From the NCBI GenBank assembly GCA_963668175.1, contig OY764159.1, positions 1,600,001 to 1,664,000 on the forward strand: a DNA stretch of 64,000 nucleotides, given 5' to 3'. Position numbers and translations under genes: made by a program. The notes beneath the pieces are model-generated. The model saw only the letters and a program-made list of their open reading frames with translations. It made no database searches and was not told the DNA's origin. The DNA is from Syntrophales bacterium (lineage in GTDB: Bacteria > Desulfobacterota > Syntrophia > Syntrophales > PHBD01). This document shows, piece after piece, positions 1 through 8,878 of this stretch (positions are counted from its first letter, which is position 1; every line of letters starts with the position of its first letter).

Positions 1-1
1 A

Positions 2-952
2 TTGTCGCAGCAGAGCGCTGCCGCCGAAAAGAAGCAGACGCCTCGGCAAACGCTTTTAGACAGCATCAAGGAGAACGACCCGCAGAAGGCCGAGGACATC
101 AAGAAGAAGATGGACAGTGCCGACCAGGTTGTTGCCCAACTGCGTACCGGCAAGATCAAGGAGATGAAGCAGCGGAAGCAGGAGGCGGTCGAGAAGATCA
201 AGCGCATCAAGCAGGAAATCCAGATGCTGAAAACGATGGGCGGGGATCCCAAGGTGCTTGCCCGCCGGATCGCCCAACTGGCGAAAGAGCTTGCCCAGGC
301 GGCGCGCGAATATGCCTCGGCCACGGCTTCCGCCAATGACACGGCGTCCCAGGATGGAACGCAAACGACAAATGCGGCGGCCGGCACCTCCGAAACGGCC
401 GTCAGCATGTTGAAAGACGCTACAGGCTTGGGGGGAATCGACAGTATATCGACAGCAGCGGTCGACACCTCGGCGAATACGTCCGATACTGCGGCGAACA
501 CATCCGATGCCTCTGCGACTGCGTCCGACGGTGCGACTTCGGCGGCGGGTCCGGAAGAAAAGAATGAAGGCGCCTCCGATTCTTCGCAATCCGGAACGAA
601 TCCGCAGGGCGTGTCGCTGGGAGAGGGTTTGAGGCAGTACCAGGAGGCCCAGAGGCAGAAACTGGCCGGCGATGTGGAGAACGCCGTCTCCGATATCAAG
701 CAAAAGACCGCCGAGGCCGAGGCGGACCGGCAGTTTGCCCAGGATGTGCGGAACGTATCCGCCATGCTGAAAGCCCTGGCCGAACAATTGAAACGGCGTC
801 TGCACCGGGCGGGCGACTATACGGCGGACCAGGATTTCAACAATGTCGATAAGGCCCTGGCCGACGCCGAAAAGAGCGTGGCGTCCCTCGGCGCCTCGAC
901 CACGTCTTCATCCGCCGAGGCTGCATCCGCGGTGACGGCTGTAACCGCTTAA
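2..952 (+). CDS. Hypothetical coiled-coil protein, 5' end probably outside the window
   Basis: Open frame from the window edge to TAA; helical K/E/Q/A-rich segments flank a Ser/Thr/Ala-rich linker with 7-aa repeats (DTSANTS DTAANTS DASATAS). Confidence 0.7.
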   Translation: MSQQSAAAEKKQTPRQTLLDSIKENDPQKAEDIKKKMDSADQVVAQLRTGKIKEMKQRKQEAVEKIKRIKQEIQMLKTMGGDPKVLARRIAQLAKELAQAAREYASATASANDTASQDGTQTTNAAAGTSETAVSMLKDATGLGGIDSISTAAVDTSANTSDTAANTSDASATASDGATSAAGPEEKNEGASDSSQSGTNPQGVSLGEGLRQYQEAQRQKLAGDVENAVSDIKQKTAEAEADRQFAQDVRNVSAMLKALAEQLKRRLHRAGDYTADQDFNNVDKALADAEKSVASLGASTTSSSAEAASAVTAVTA

Positions 953-1064
953 ACAGCGGCCGACGCACCGGTCCGTTCCTTCCAGTCCAGTTCCGGCGGC
1001 ATTTTTCCAGCAGAAACAACAGCGACGAAGGACCTGACCGTATCGTCTAACCCCTTGAAATAAA

Positions 1065-1141
1065 TGGCGCGCCTGGCACGACTCGAACGTGCGACCAACA
1101 GATTCGAAGTCTGCGACTCTATCCAACTGAGCTACAGGCGC
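1065..1141 (-). tRNA. tRNA-Arg (anticodon TCG)
   Basis: Reverse complement GCGCCTGTAGCTCAGTTGGATAGAG...GCAGA-CTTCGAA-TCTGT...GTTCGAGTC...CAGGCGCGCCA; full cloverleaf with CCA. Confidence 0.95.
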
Positions 1142-1162
1142 ATGTATAAAGGCTAGAAAAAA

Positions 1163-1240
1163 TGGGGTGAGCGAAGGGGATCGAACCCTCGACCTCCGGG
1201 GCCACAACCCGGCACTCTAACCATCTGAGCTACGCCCACC
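1163..1240 (-). tRNA. tRNA-His (anticodon GTG), with G-1
   Basis: Reverse complement GGTGGGCGTAGCTCAG...CCGGG-TTGTGGC-CCCGG...GGTTCGATCC...CTCACCCCA. Confidence 0.95.
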
Positions 1241-1368
1241 ATACGGATAAACGAAGTGATAAAAGAACCGAGGGCGGCAAATAGCAAAAAGCGCCCAAGA
1301 AAGCAAGGTTAATTTTCCCGCCGCCCGGGACGGCAAAGCCGCTCGCCGGGGAAACGGACCGTTATCCG

Positions 1369-2157
1369 CTATTTGGCCAGATAGCCGCCGTCCACGGCAA
1401 CAACCTGGCCGGTCATGTAGGCCGCTGCGTCGGAGGCCAGAAAGACCGCGACACCCTTCATGTCGTCCATATCGCCCTCACGCCGCAGGGGGATCATGTC
1501 GATCATCTGCTGGTAGGCCGCCTCGAAGCCCGGTTTCTCGATGTAGGCCATCATGTCCGTCCGGAAGAAACCGGGGGCGATGGCGTTGACCCGTATTTTG
1601 TAGGGTGCAAGCTTCACCGCCAGGTTCATCGTCAGGAGGTTGATGGCGGCCTTCGTCGAGTTGTAGGGCACGGCCGGGTGCATCGACTCCTCCGAGCCCC
1701 GGAAAGCCATGATCGACGAGATGTTGATGATGGCGCCTCCGCCCTGTTCCTTCATCGCCCGGGCGACCTGCTGGGTCAATATCCAGACGCCCCGGACGTT
1801 CGTATTGAAGAGCTGGTCCCACCGGTCGAGGGGGAATTCCAGGGTCGGCGCCCCCCAGGTCGCACCGGCGTTGTTCACCAGGATGTCGATGCGCTTCATT
1901 TTCGCGAGCGCCTCGGCCACCATGGCGGTGATCTGGTCTTCCTTCGCCACGTCGCAGGCGATGGGGACGACCCGGACGCCGCAGCTTTTCTCCAACTCCG
2001 CCGCCGTCTCTTCCAGGTTCTTCATTTTCCGCGAGATGAGGACCAGGTCGGCGCCCGCCTCGGCCAGGCCCGACGCGATGAATTTTCCGATGCCCCGTCC
2101 GCCTCCCGTCACGAGGGCCACTTTCCCTTTCAGATTGAACATGTCGTTGAGCTTCAT
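1369..2157 (-). CDS. Short-chain dehydrogenase/reductase (gluconate 5-dehydrogenase/FabG-like)
   Basis: TGGGRGIG, NNAG, YNSTK catalytic motif, VNAIAPG, VDGG. Confidence 0.9.
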   Translation of the reverse strand: MKLNDMFNLKGKVALVTGGGRGIGKFIASGLAEAGADLVLISRKMKNLEETAAELEKSCGVRVVPIACDVAKEDQITAMVAEALAKMKRIDILVNNAGATWGAPTLEFPLDRWDQLFNTNVRGVWILTQQVARAMKEQGGGAIINISSIMAFRGSEESMHPAVPYNSTKAAINLLTMNLAVKLAPYKIRVNAIAPGFFRTDMMAYIEKPGFEAAYQQMIDMIPLRREGDMDDMKGVAVFLASDAAAYMTGQVVAVDGGYLAK

Positions 2158-2466
2158 AGCAACTCCTTTGTCGGTGTTGGTCGTTGCGGATACGACTCGA
2201 ATTCATTTAAAGGCAAGAAGAGTCCCCTGTCAACCTGATATTTTTGCCCCGAATTCGGGGGGATAACCGTCCGATACGGCAGGATGCGGCGGGACGCGGG
2301 ATAGGCGGGCAGGGAAACGGAAAACCGCTCCAGTCTGTCTTTAGACAAAGATGCGATTCGCCTTGACAGGACGTCCCGTTCCTATCTATAACGCTGCATC
2401 GGACAGAGAGTGTTTTCGCATTTTCCTTGCGGCGTTCGTATGGTTCCCCCTCCGGAGGTGCAGACA

Positions 2467-3489
2467 ATGGCTTTCGATCCCAAGACCGACAACGGCTGGT
2501 CCTATCGCTGCCGGTATCGCCCCGGCGACCCGGTCGGCCATTACGAAAGCTATTTCCTCCGCGCCAACCACCCGGAGCGGCCTCTCGCCTTCTGGCTCCG
2601 CTACACGTTACTCAGCCCCCGCCGCGATCCGGACAAGGCCATCGGTTCCGTCTGGGCCGTCGTCTTCAACGGCGAGACGGGCATACACTACGCTGCCCGC
2701 GAGGATTTTCCCTTCAGTACCTGCCATTTTGCCTCCGGGCCGTTTTCGGTAACGATAGGCGAGTCCGTCCTGGACGGGGGCCGCGCCGCCGGCATCGCCT
2801 CGTCTAACGGAACCAAAATCGCCTGGGACCTTCGTTACACAGGCGATCAATCGCCGCTGCTTTTGCTGCCCCGGTCCTGGTACGAGGACTGGGTGCCCGC
2901 CGCGAAGAGCCTGGTGGGCCTGCCCCTCGCCCGCTTCGACGGAACGCTTGCCGTCGGCGGCGAACGGATGGAAATCAGGGGCTGGCGCGGCAGCGCCAAC
3001 CACAACTGGGGGGCGCGGCACACGAGCAGCTACGCCTGGGGCCAGGTGGCGGGTTTCGATACCCATCCGGAAAGCTTCCTCGAAGTGGCGACGGCCCAAA
3101 TAAATATCGGCCCCTGGCGCGGCCCCTGCCTCACGCCCGTGGTCCTGCGGCACAACGGCCGGGAAGAGGCCATGAACGGGATGATGACGATGCTCATGGC
3201 GAAGGGCTCCTACTCGTATTTCGTCTGGAGTTTCGCCTCGGAAAACAGCCGCGTGGCCGTGGAAGGCACCATCGCCGCGCCGCGGGAGGCCTTCGTGGGG
3301 CTGCTCTACAGCGACCCCCCGGGAGGCGGCAGGCAGTGCCTCAACACGAAAATCGCCTCGTGCGAACTGCGCGTGAGCGAGAAGACGGCAAGCGGCAACG
3401 GCAGGCCCGAGGTCCTTTTCGCGCGTAATCGCGCGGCCTTCGAGATATTGACCGGCGACCGGGATCACGGCGTGCCGATCCGGTCCTGA
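2467..3489 (+). CDS. Hypothetical protein, possibly tocopherol-cyclase/AttH-like beta-barrel
   Basis: GGAGG RBS before ATG 2467; YESYF, aromatic-rich strands, NHNWG...YAW motif. Confidence 0.5.
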   Translation: MAFDPKTDNGWSYRCRYRPGDPVGHYESYFLRANHPERPLAFWLRYTLLSPRRDPDKAIGSVWAVVFNGETGIHYAAREDFPFSTCHFASGPFSVTIGESVLDGGRAAGIASSNGTKIAWDLRYTGDQSPLLLLPRSWYEDWVPAAKSLVGLPLARFDGTLAVGGERMEIRGWRGSANHNWGARHTSSYAWGQVAGFDTHPESFLEVATAQINIGPWRGPCLTPVVLRHNGREEAMNGMMTMLMAKGSYSYFVWSFASENSRVAVEGTIAAPREAFVGLLYSDPPGGGRQCLNTKIASCELRVSEKTASGNGRPEVLFARNRAAFEILTGDRDHGVPIRS

Positions 3490-3516
3490 AACGATAACAT
3501 CACGCAAGGAGGGGGT

Positions 3517-4293
3517 ATGGATTTGAAGAATGTGCAGCTTGCGGTCGAGGGGGCGGTGGCGACGGTCACCCTGAGCAATCCGGAAAAGCGCAACGCCCTG
3601 TCCCTGGCGACGCTCAAGGAACTGGGCGCGGTCTTCGCCGACGTGGAGACGCGCTCGGATGTCCGCGTTGTCGTCATCAAGGCGGAAGGGAAGGTCTTCT
3701 CCGCCGGCCACAACCTCGCGGAGATGGTGAGCGGCAGCCTCGCCCACAACCAGGAGATATTCCGCGTCTGCAGCGCCGTGATGCAGAAGCTCCAGCAGAT
3801 GCCGCAGCCGGCCATCGCCCAGGTCCGGGGCATCGCGACCGCCGCGGGCTGCCAGCTTGTCGCCGCCTGCGATCTCGCCGTCGCCGAGGAGGGCGCCTCC
3901 TTCGGGACGCCGGGCGTCAGGATCGGCGTCTTCTGCACGACGCCCGCCATCCCGCTGGTGCGGGCCGTCGGCCGCAAGCGGGCGCTGGAGATGCTCTTCA
4001 CGGGGCGCATGATCACCGCGCAGGAGGCCAGGGAGTGGGGCCTCGTCAACAAGGTCGTCCCCGCCGACCAACTGGAGGCCGAGGTGAAGGCCCTGGCGGC
4101 CAAGATCGCCGAGGCGAGCCGGCTCACCCTCGCCATCGGCAAGCGCGCCTTCTACAGTCAGGTGAAGCTTACCGATGAGCAAGCCTATACCTTGGGCAGC
4201 GAGGTCATGGTGTCCAACCTCTACGCGGAAGACGCCGTGGAGGGCATGAACGCCTTCCTCGAAAAGCGCAAGCCCGTCTGGAAGGACAAATAG
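3517..4293 (+). CDS. Enoyl-CoA hydratase/isomerase family protein
   Basis: PEKRNALS, FSAGHNL, AAGCQLVAACD, EGMNAFLEKRKP. Confidence 0.9.
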   Translation: MDLKNVQLAVEGAVATVTLSNPEKRNALSLATLKELGAVFADVETRSDVRVVVIKAEGKVFSAGHNLAEMVSGSLAHNQEIFRVCSAVMQKLQQMPQPAIAQVRGIATAAGCQLVAACDLAVAEEGASFGTPGVRIGVFCTTPAIPLVRAVGRKRALEMLFTGRMITAQEAREWGLVNKVVPADQLEAEVKALAAKIAEASRLTLAIGKRAFYSQVKLTDEQAYTLGSEVMVSNLYAEDAVEGMNAFLEKRKPVWKDK

Positions 4294-4313
4294 GCCGACG
4301 CCGGAGGGGAGTT

Positions 4314-4658
4314 ATGCTTGAACATCACCGAAAGCCGCTTTTGAGCCGGCGGGAGTTCATGCGCCGCCAGGTTCGGTACTCGCTGTTTTCCCTTTGCATC
4401 CTCACCTTTTCCATCGGTATCGGTACCGTGGGCTATCATCTTTTCGGCGGGCTGGCCTGGATCGACTCTTTTCTGAATGCCTCGATGATCCTCACCGGCA
4501 TGGGACCGGTGGACCATCTGGATACGGCTGCCGGGAAAATCTTTTCGGCTCTGTATGCCCTTTTCAGCGGGATCGCCTTCCTGACATTCGTCGCTGTTCT
4601 CTTTACGCCGGCCTATCACCGCTTCCTGCACAAGTTTCATCTGCCGGCCGGTGATTAG
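4314..4658 (+). CDS. Small two-TM ion-channel-like membrane protein
   Basis: TM-pore-TM layout (WIDSFLNASMILTGMGP...AGKIF); GGAGGGG RBS. Confidence 0.6.
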   Translation: MLEHHRKPLLSRREFMRRQVRYSLFSLCILTFSIGIGTVGYHLFGGLAWIDSFLNASMILTGMGPVDHLDTAAGKIFSALYALFSGIAFLTFVAVLFTPAYHRFLHKFHLPAGD

Positions 4659-4684
4659 CGGACGTCATATTGAATTGAGGGGGT

Positions 4685-5941
4685 ATGACCTTTATGAGGA
4701 TTCGTCTGAAACCTTATAATCTACTCGTGACGATTTCCATTGTCTTGTCATCTGTTTTCTCCGTCTTTGGCAATTCAACAGGGGAATCAATACTAGATAA
4801 ATCGGCAGCGTCGCATTTTTTTTCTTTTCATGGTGATTCTGACTACCATTTGACCAACGGATATGACTTCTTCGAAAGGGGAGATAGAATATATATTATC
4901 GTTTGGCAAGAGATTGGGAATATATTTAACTATGCATATGATTCCCAATTGGTGTCCATCAACAAAGAAAGTAAAGACTGGACGATAGTAAGTATACCCG
5001 GGAAAGCTTATTATCTAGGGCCTTACTCTGACCACGAGATTTGTTCCATAAGGCGAAAAACGGGTGAGACTAAATGGTATATCGGCTTTTACAATTTGAA
5101 GGGCGAAAAATTGCGAGAACTGGAACATATCTATGAAACATTTGACAAAGAGTTCTATCACTTCGTTCCTGTGCCGCTGATTTACCCGGATGGTTCGATT
5201 CTTTTCTATTCGACATATGGGTATGAAGGGAGAAATATCGTTCTAAAATCTCTGCTAGACATAATCTCCGGTGGTCACGGATCAAAAAAAATGATTGGGG
5301 AAAATATTGAAATTATTCCCTCGCTGATAAGGAAAGAGGGTAAAGAGAGAGTCCTTTCCTATGTTGTAGGCTATGATAGTTCAAATCTTCGAACGATATT
5401 TTCGGTTGGAGAGGAACTTTCATGGAGACGAAATCGGCCTAAATCAGGTACATTTAATAAAGATGGTTATAAGATTAATAAATATGACTGGATTCATAAA
5501 GAGGGTGTCCTATTTGTGAAAAACAATAAGAAAGTTAAGATTTCCGACAATATAGAAATAATAGATTCAATTACGGGAGAACAGAACATCCTACCGCTGC
5601 CAAATCTGGGGAAGGCATATCTTAAAAACGGAAAGTTTAAATATGATGGGGAGTATGTGCACGACGCCGACATATGGGTTGATTCAGACAGTATAATATT
5701 GGCAGTTACGGGTAGTAAGAAAATTTGGATATACTTCTATAACTTATCCGATAAAAGATGGATCAGAAATATTCTGGACAAAAATAACGTAGATTTTTAC
5801 GGATATAAAAATGTCAGAATTTTCAGAACGCAAAATCATTTATTTATCGGCTTTTGGGCAAATTTGAAGAATTACGAAATCATCAAAATCAGTTTGAATG
5901 CTTTAAAAGAAGATGGGACTATACATATTATAGATGAATAA
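4685..5941 (+). CDS. Hypothetical AT-rich protein with N-terminal hydrophobic segment
   Basis: 418-aa ORF in visibly AT-rich DNA; GAGGGGG RBS. Confidence 0.7.
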   Translation: MTFMRIRLKPYNLLVTISIVLSSVFSVFGNSTGESILDKSAASHFFSFHGDSDYHLTNGYDFFERGDRIYIIVWQEIGNIFNYAYDSQLVSINKESKDWTIVSIPGKAYYLGPYSDHEICSIRRKTGETKWYIGFYNLKGEKLRELEHIYETFDKEFYHFVPVPLIYPDGSILFYSTYGYEGRNIVLKSLLDIISGGHGSKKMIGENIEIIPSLIRKEGKERVLSYVVGYDSSNLRTIFSVGEELSWRRNRPKSGTFNKDGYKINKYDWIHKEGVLFVKNNKKVKISDNIEIIDSITGEQNILPLPNLGKAYLKNGKFKYDGEYVHDADIWVDSDSIILAVTGSKKIWIYFYNLSDKRWIRNILDKNNVDFYGYKNVRIFRTQNHLFIGFWANLKNYEIIKISLNALKEDGTIHIIDE

Positions 5942-5958
5942 GATCCTGAGCGACAAAG

Positions 5959-5977
5959 AACCCCGCCGGGTGTGACC
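5959..5977 (+). repeat. Direct repeat copy 1 (AACCCCGCCGGGTGTGACC)
   Basis: 18/19 identical to 6734-6752. Confidence 0.8.
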
Positions 5978-6049
5978 GCTGGAAGGACCGGTAGGCCGGG
6001 AACAGCAACAAACGGATCAAAGGCGTATACTTCCACTTGAGGCAGGTGA

Positions 6050-6685
6050 TTGATGAAAAAAACTTTCACAGGCTTATTTCTCTGCTTATTGATCATGTTC
6101 ATGACGAGTGAAGGTTCAGCCGATGATATAGTGCGTTCTCGTGGATTTCGGGTGGAGACTGATGTATATGGACAAAACGAAATCTATATGGACGATGCAT
6201 ATGTCGGAATGCCTTTAGGACGGATTTTAATGATTCGTAAAGATAAAGAGTATTGCGCCCTAAAGTTCACGAGATTTTGGACGGAGAAAAACGATAGAGA
6301 AGGTTATGCGACATATGAAGTGTATTATAAGAATGATGATACAAACGACTTTTTGAATAAAGATGTTAAATATTCAGAAGGCAAGGCCTCAATTCTTCCA
6401 CCCACGGGACCCATTCGTCCCTTTCTGAAGCAACCGGGATATCCGAAAGTGAATTGCGGTCCTTTCAGGCTTCATTGGGGATACGGAGGGAGAGTAGCTT
6501 TTTTTGATAATGATGAAAAGGAACTGGGAATTGAACTAGCACCGACACCGTGGACATCAGTGTCAGAAATCAATCTTAACGATCCGAGACTGAAATGGTA
6601 TAGCTATGATGGGAAAAGAAGAATTATCCGTATTCCCGTCGACCAACTTTGGTCCGCCGCGGGGCAGAAAAAAATAAATAACTGA
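6050..6685 (+). CDS. Hypothetical secreted AT-rich protein
   Basis: Signal-peptide-like MKKTFTGLFLCLLIMF; 211 aa. Confidence 0.7.
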   Translation: MMKKTFTGLFLCLLIMFMTSEGSADDIVRSRGFRVETDVYGQNEIYMDDAYVGMPLGRILMIRKDKEYCALKFTRFWTEKNDREGYATYEVYYKNDDTNDFLNKDVKYSEGKASILPPTGPIRPFLKQPGYPKVNCGPFRLHWGYGGRVAFFDNDEKELGIELAPTPWTSVSEINLNDPRLKWYSYDGKRRIIRIPVDQLWSAAGQKKINN

Positions 6686-6733
6686 AGTCAGCCCATAGAG
6701 CGCATGCAGCTCAAATAGCAAGTGAAAACATAA

Positions 6734-6776
6734 AACCCCGCCGGGCGTGACCTTTTTTTAGTCTCCCGGCGGGGTT
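6734..6776. terminator. Hairpin terminator between convergent genes; contains direct repeat copy 2
   Basis: AACCCCGCCGGG...CCCGGCGGGGTT 12-bp stem. Confidence 0.7.
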
Positions 6777-6888
6777 GTTGTTTTCTAAAGTTGGTTCGCA
6801 CGAATCTTCCGCGCTTTGCACAACGCGGCGGCGGACGGTTAAGAGCGTTTCACGCCCAAACCGGCACGGGCCTTAACGGCCCTGCGAA

Positions 6889-7485
6889 TCACCGTCCCCA
6901 GAAGCCTTTCTTCTTGGGGGGCGGCGGGATCTTGTCGTCCGGCCGGGGCGGCTTCTCCTCCGGCGGGGCGGGCGGCGGCGGTATCTCCGGCCGCGCGGGC
7001 TTCTCCACTGCGGCGGCGATCTCCGATGGCGTCGTCTCCGGCGGGGGGAAGAACGTGTGCTTGTAGTCGAAGGGCGACGGCGACGGCGGCCCGGCCGGTC
7101 TCTCCGGTTCCCTGGGCGGCGGCCGGTAGTCGCGCTTCATGATGCAGCTTCCGTTGAAGCCGGAGCCGTTTTCAATGATGATGTTGGGCGTCGTGATGTC
7201 CCCCTTGAGGGACGAATCCGTCTTCAGGACGACGTTTTCGTCGGCCGTGACGTTGCCGACGATCTTGCCGTACGTGATCAGCTTGTTCGTCGTGATCTCG
7301 GCCTTCACCATGGCGGTGGGGCCCACGACGAGCAGGCCCTCCGACCGGATCTCCCCCTCGAAGTTCCCCTTGATCATGAGCGAGCTTTTGAAGCTGATCG
7401 AGCCCTTGATCTCCAGGTCGTCGGCGATCACCGTGGTGACCCTTGTTTCGTTATCTTCCGTTCTGGCAGGATTGGCTGTAGTCAT
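6889..7485 (-). CDS. Bactofilin (polymer-forming cytoskeletal protein) with Pro-rich tail
   Basis: TVIADDLEIKGSISFKSSLMIKGNFEGEI...IIIENGSGFNGSCIM; tail ends KKKGFWGR. Confidence 0.88.
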   Translation of the reverse strand: MTTANPARTEDNETRVTTVIADDLEIKGSISFKSSLMIKGNFEGEIRSEGLLVVGPTAMVKAEITTNKLITYGKIVGNVTADENVVLKTDSSLKGDITTPNIIIENGSGFNGSCIMKRDYRPPPREPERPAGPPSPSPFDYKHTFFPPPETTPSEIAAAVEKPARPEIPPPPAPPEEKPPRPDDKIPPPPKKKGFWGR

Positions 7486-7632
7486 TTTTCCCCCATGTCG
7501 ATTCCTTGCTGTCGATCTTTGAAACCGGAAAACGCGCCGTGTGCAACCCGGCTGTATCTGGATATATAGGCCCGCGAACCGCAACCGCAGTTCCGGAATG
7601 CCGGGAGGTCTGTTCCGCCGGGGCCGGACCGT

Positions 7633-7998
7633 TTACCTGTTATCTTTCGCCATGACGCAGGAGCCGTTGAAGATGGCGCCGCTTTCAATGATCAGGTTCG
7701 GGGTGGTGATGTCCCCCTTGTGGTACGAGGTGCTCTTTAAAATGACATGTTCGCTGGCCGTAACATCCCCTTCGATCTTGCCGTGGGAGATGAGGTTGTT
7801 CGTGGTGATGCGCGCCGTCACGGTCGCCGTGGGGCCTACGATCAGCAACCCTTCTGAAAGGATTTCCCCCTCGAAATTTCCCTTAATCATGAGAGAGCTT
7901 TTGAATTTGATCGTTCCCTTGACTTCCAAATCGTCTGCGATAACGGTGGTGATTTTGGATTCGCTATCTTCAATGATATTAGGATTGGTGCTCGGCAT
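7633..7998 (-). CDS. Bactofilin
   Basis: TVIADDLEVKGTIKFKSSLMIKGNFEGEI...IESGAIFNGSCVM; AGGAGGAG RBS. Confidence 0.88.
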   Translation of the reverse strand: MPSTNPNIIEDSESKITTVIADDLEVKGTIKFKSSLMIKGNFEGEILSEGLLIVGPTATVTARITTNNLISHGKIEGDVTASEHVILKSTSYHKGDITTPNLIIESGAIFNGSCVMAKDNR

Positions 7999-8224
7999 CG
8001 GTTCTCCTCCTCGTTTTTTTGATTGCCTTGACCGGCCCGGAACGTTGCCCCCTTCGACAAGACCGGTGCGGTTCACTCCCCCCTGCAAGTCTCAAAAACC
8101 GGCCCCCGCGGCCCTTCGGGATGCGAGCGGCGGCCGGGCCTGCCCCTGCCGGTTAGTTGTGCAATAAGATTGACGGAAACGCATATAACATGAAACTGTT
8201 AAGAATTAAAGCAAATATTTGCGC

Positions 8225-8878
8225 CTATAACGAGGTCAATCCTTCGCGGATGGCGTATTTGGTCAGCTCGGCCACGCTGCCGATTCCCAGTTTTTCCATG
8301 ATCTGGTGCCGGTACGTCTCGACCGTCTTGGTGCTGATGTCCATCGTGAAGGCGATTTCTTTCGTAGACTTCCCCTCGGCGACGCGCTGGAGGACTTCCC
8401 GCTCCCGGGCCGTCAGGATCGAATAAACCGACAGGTCTTCCCTGGACATGAGGTGGATATAGTCCTGGAGGATGCCGTTCACGAGGGCCGGGCTCAGGTA
8501 AACCCGGTTGTCCATGACGGCGCGGATGGCGTGGGCCAGCTCTTCCAGGGCGCAGTCCTTGAGAAGATAGCCCGCCGCCCCGGCTTTGAGCATGTTGACG
8601 ACGAAGCCCTTGTCCGCGTGCATCGAGAGGGCCAAAACCTTGATATCGGGCCTGTCGTGAAGGATGCGCCGGGTGGCTTCGATACCGTTCATGTCGGGCA
8701 TGTTGATGTCCATGATGATGACGTGGGGCGGCTTCTTCCTGGAGAGGTCCACCGCGGCGGCGCCGCTCTCCGCCTCCCCGACCACTTCCATGTCGAGTTG
8801 CTTCTCCAGGAGAGCCCGGAGGCCCGTCCGCAGAATCTTGTGGTCGTCGGCCAGCAGTACTTTAACCTTTCCCTTCAT
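8225..8878 (-). CDS. NarL/LuxR-family response regulator
   Basis: ADDH, MDINMP, YLLK, LTAREREVL...KTVETYR HTH; start overlaps kinase stop. Confidence 0.93.
   Translation of the reverse strand: MKGKVKVLLADDHKILRTGLRALLEKQLDMEVVGEAESGAAAVDLSRKKPPHVIIMDINMPDMNGIEATRRILHDRPDIKVLALSMHADKGFVVNMLKAGAAGYLLKDCALEELAHAIRAVMDNRVYLSPALVNGILQDYIHLMSREDLSVYSILTAREREVLQRVAEGKSTKEIAFTMDISTKTVETYRHQIMEKLGIGSVAELTKYAIREGLTSL

Noticed and set aside
1025..1064. Possible att site 3' of tRNA-Arg (imperfect AAGGGGTTAG...GGTCCTT hairpin)
   Set aside because: No integrase or duplicated tRNA end in the window; more simply a degenerate terminator
4660..6790. Integron attC cassettes
   Set aside because: No RYYYAAC...GTTRRRY attC structure or integrase seen
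6795..6890. Possible structured ncRNA (several short inverted repeats)
   Set aside because: No recognisable family; such pairing is expected in GC-rich 3' UTRs
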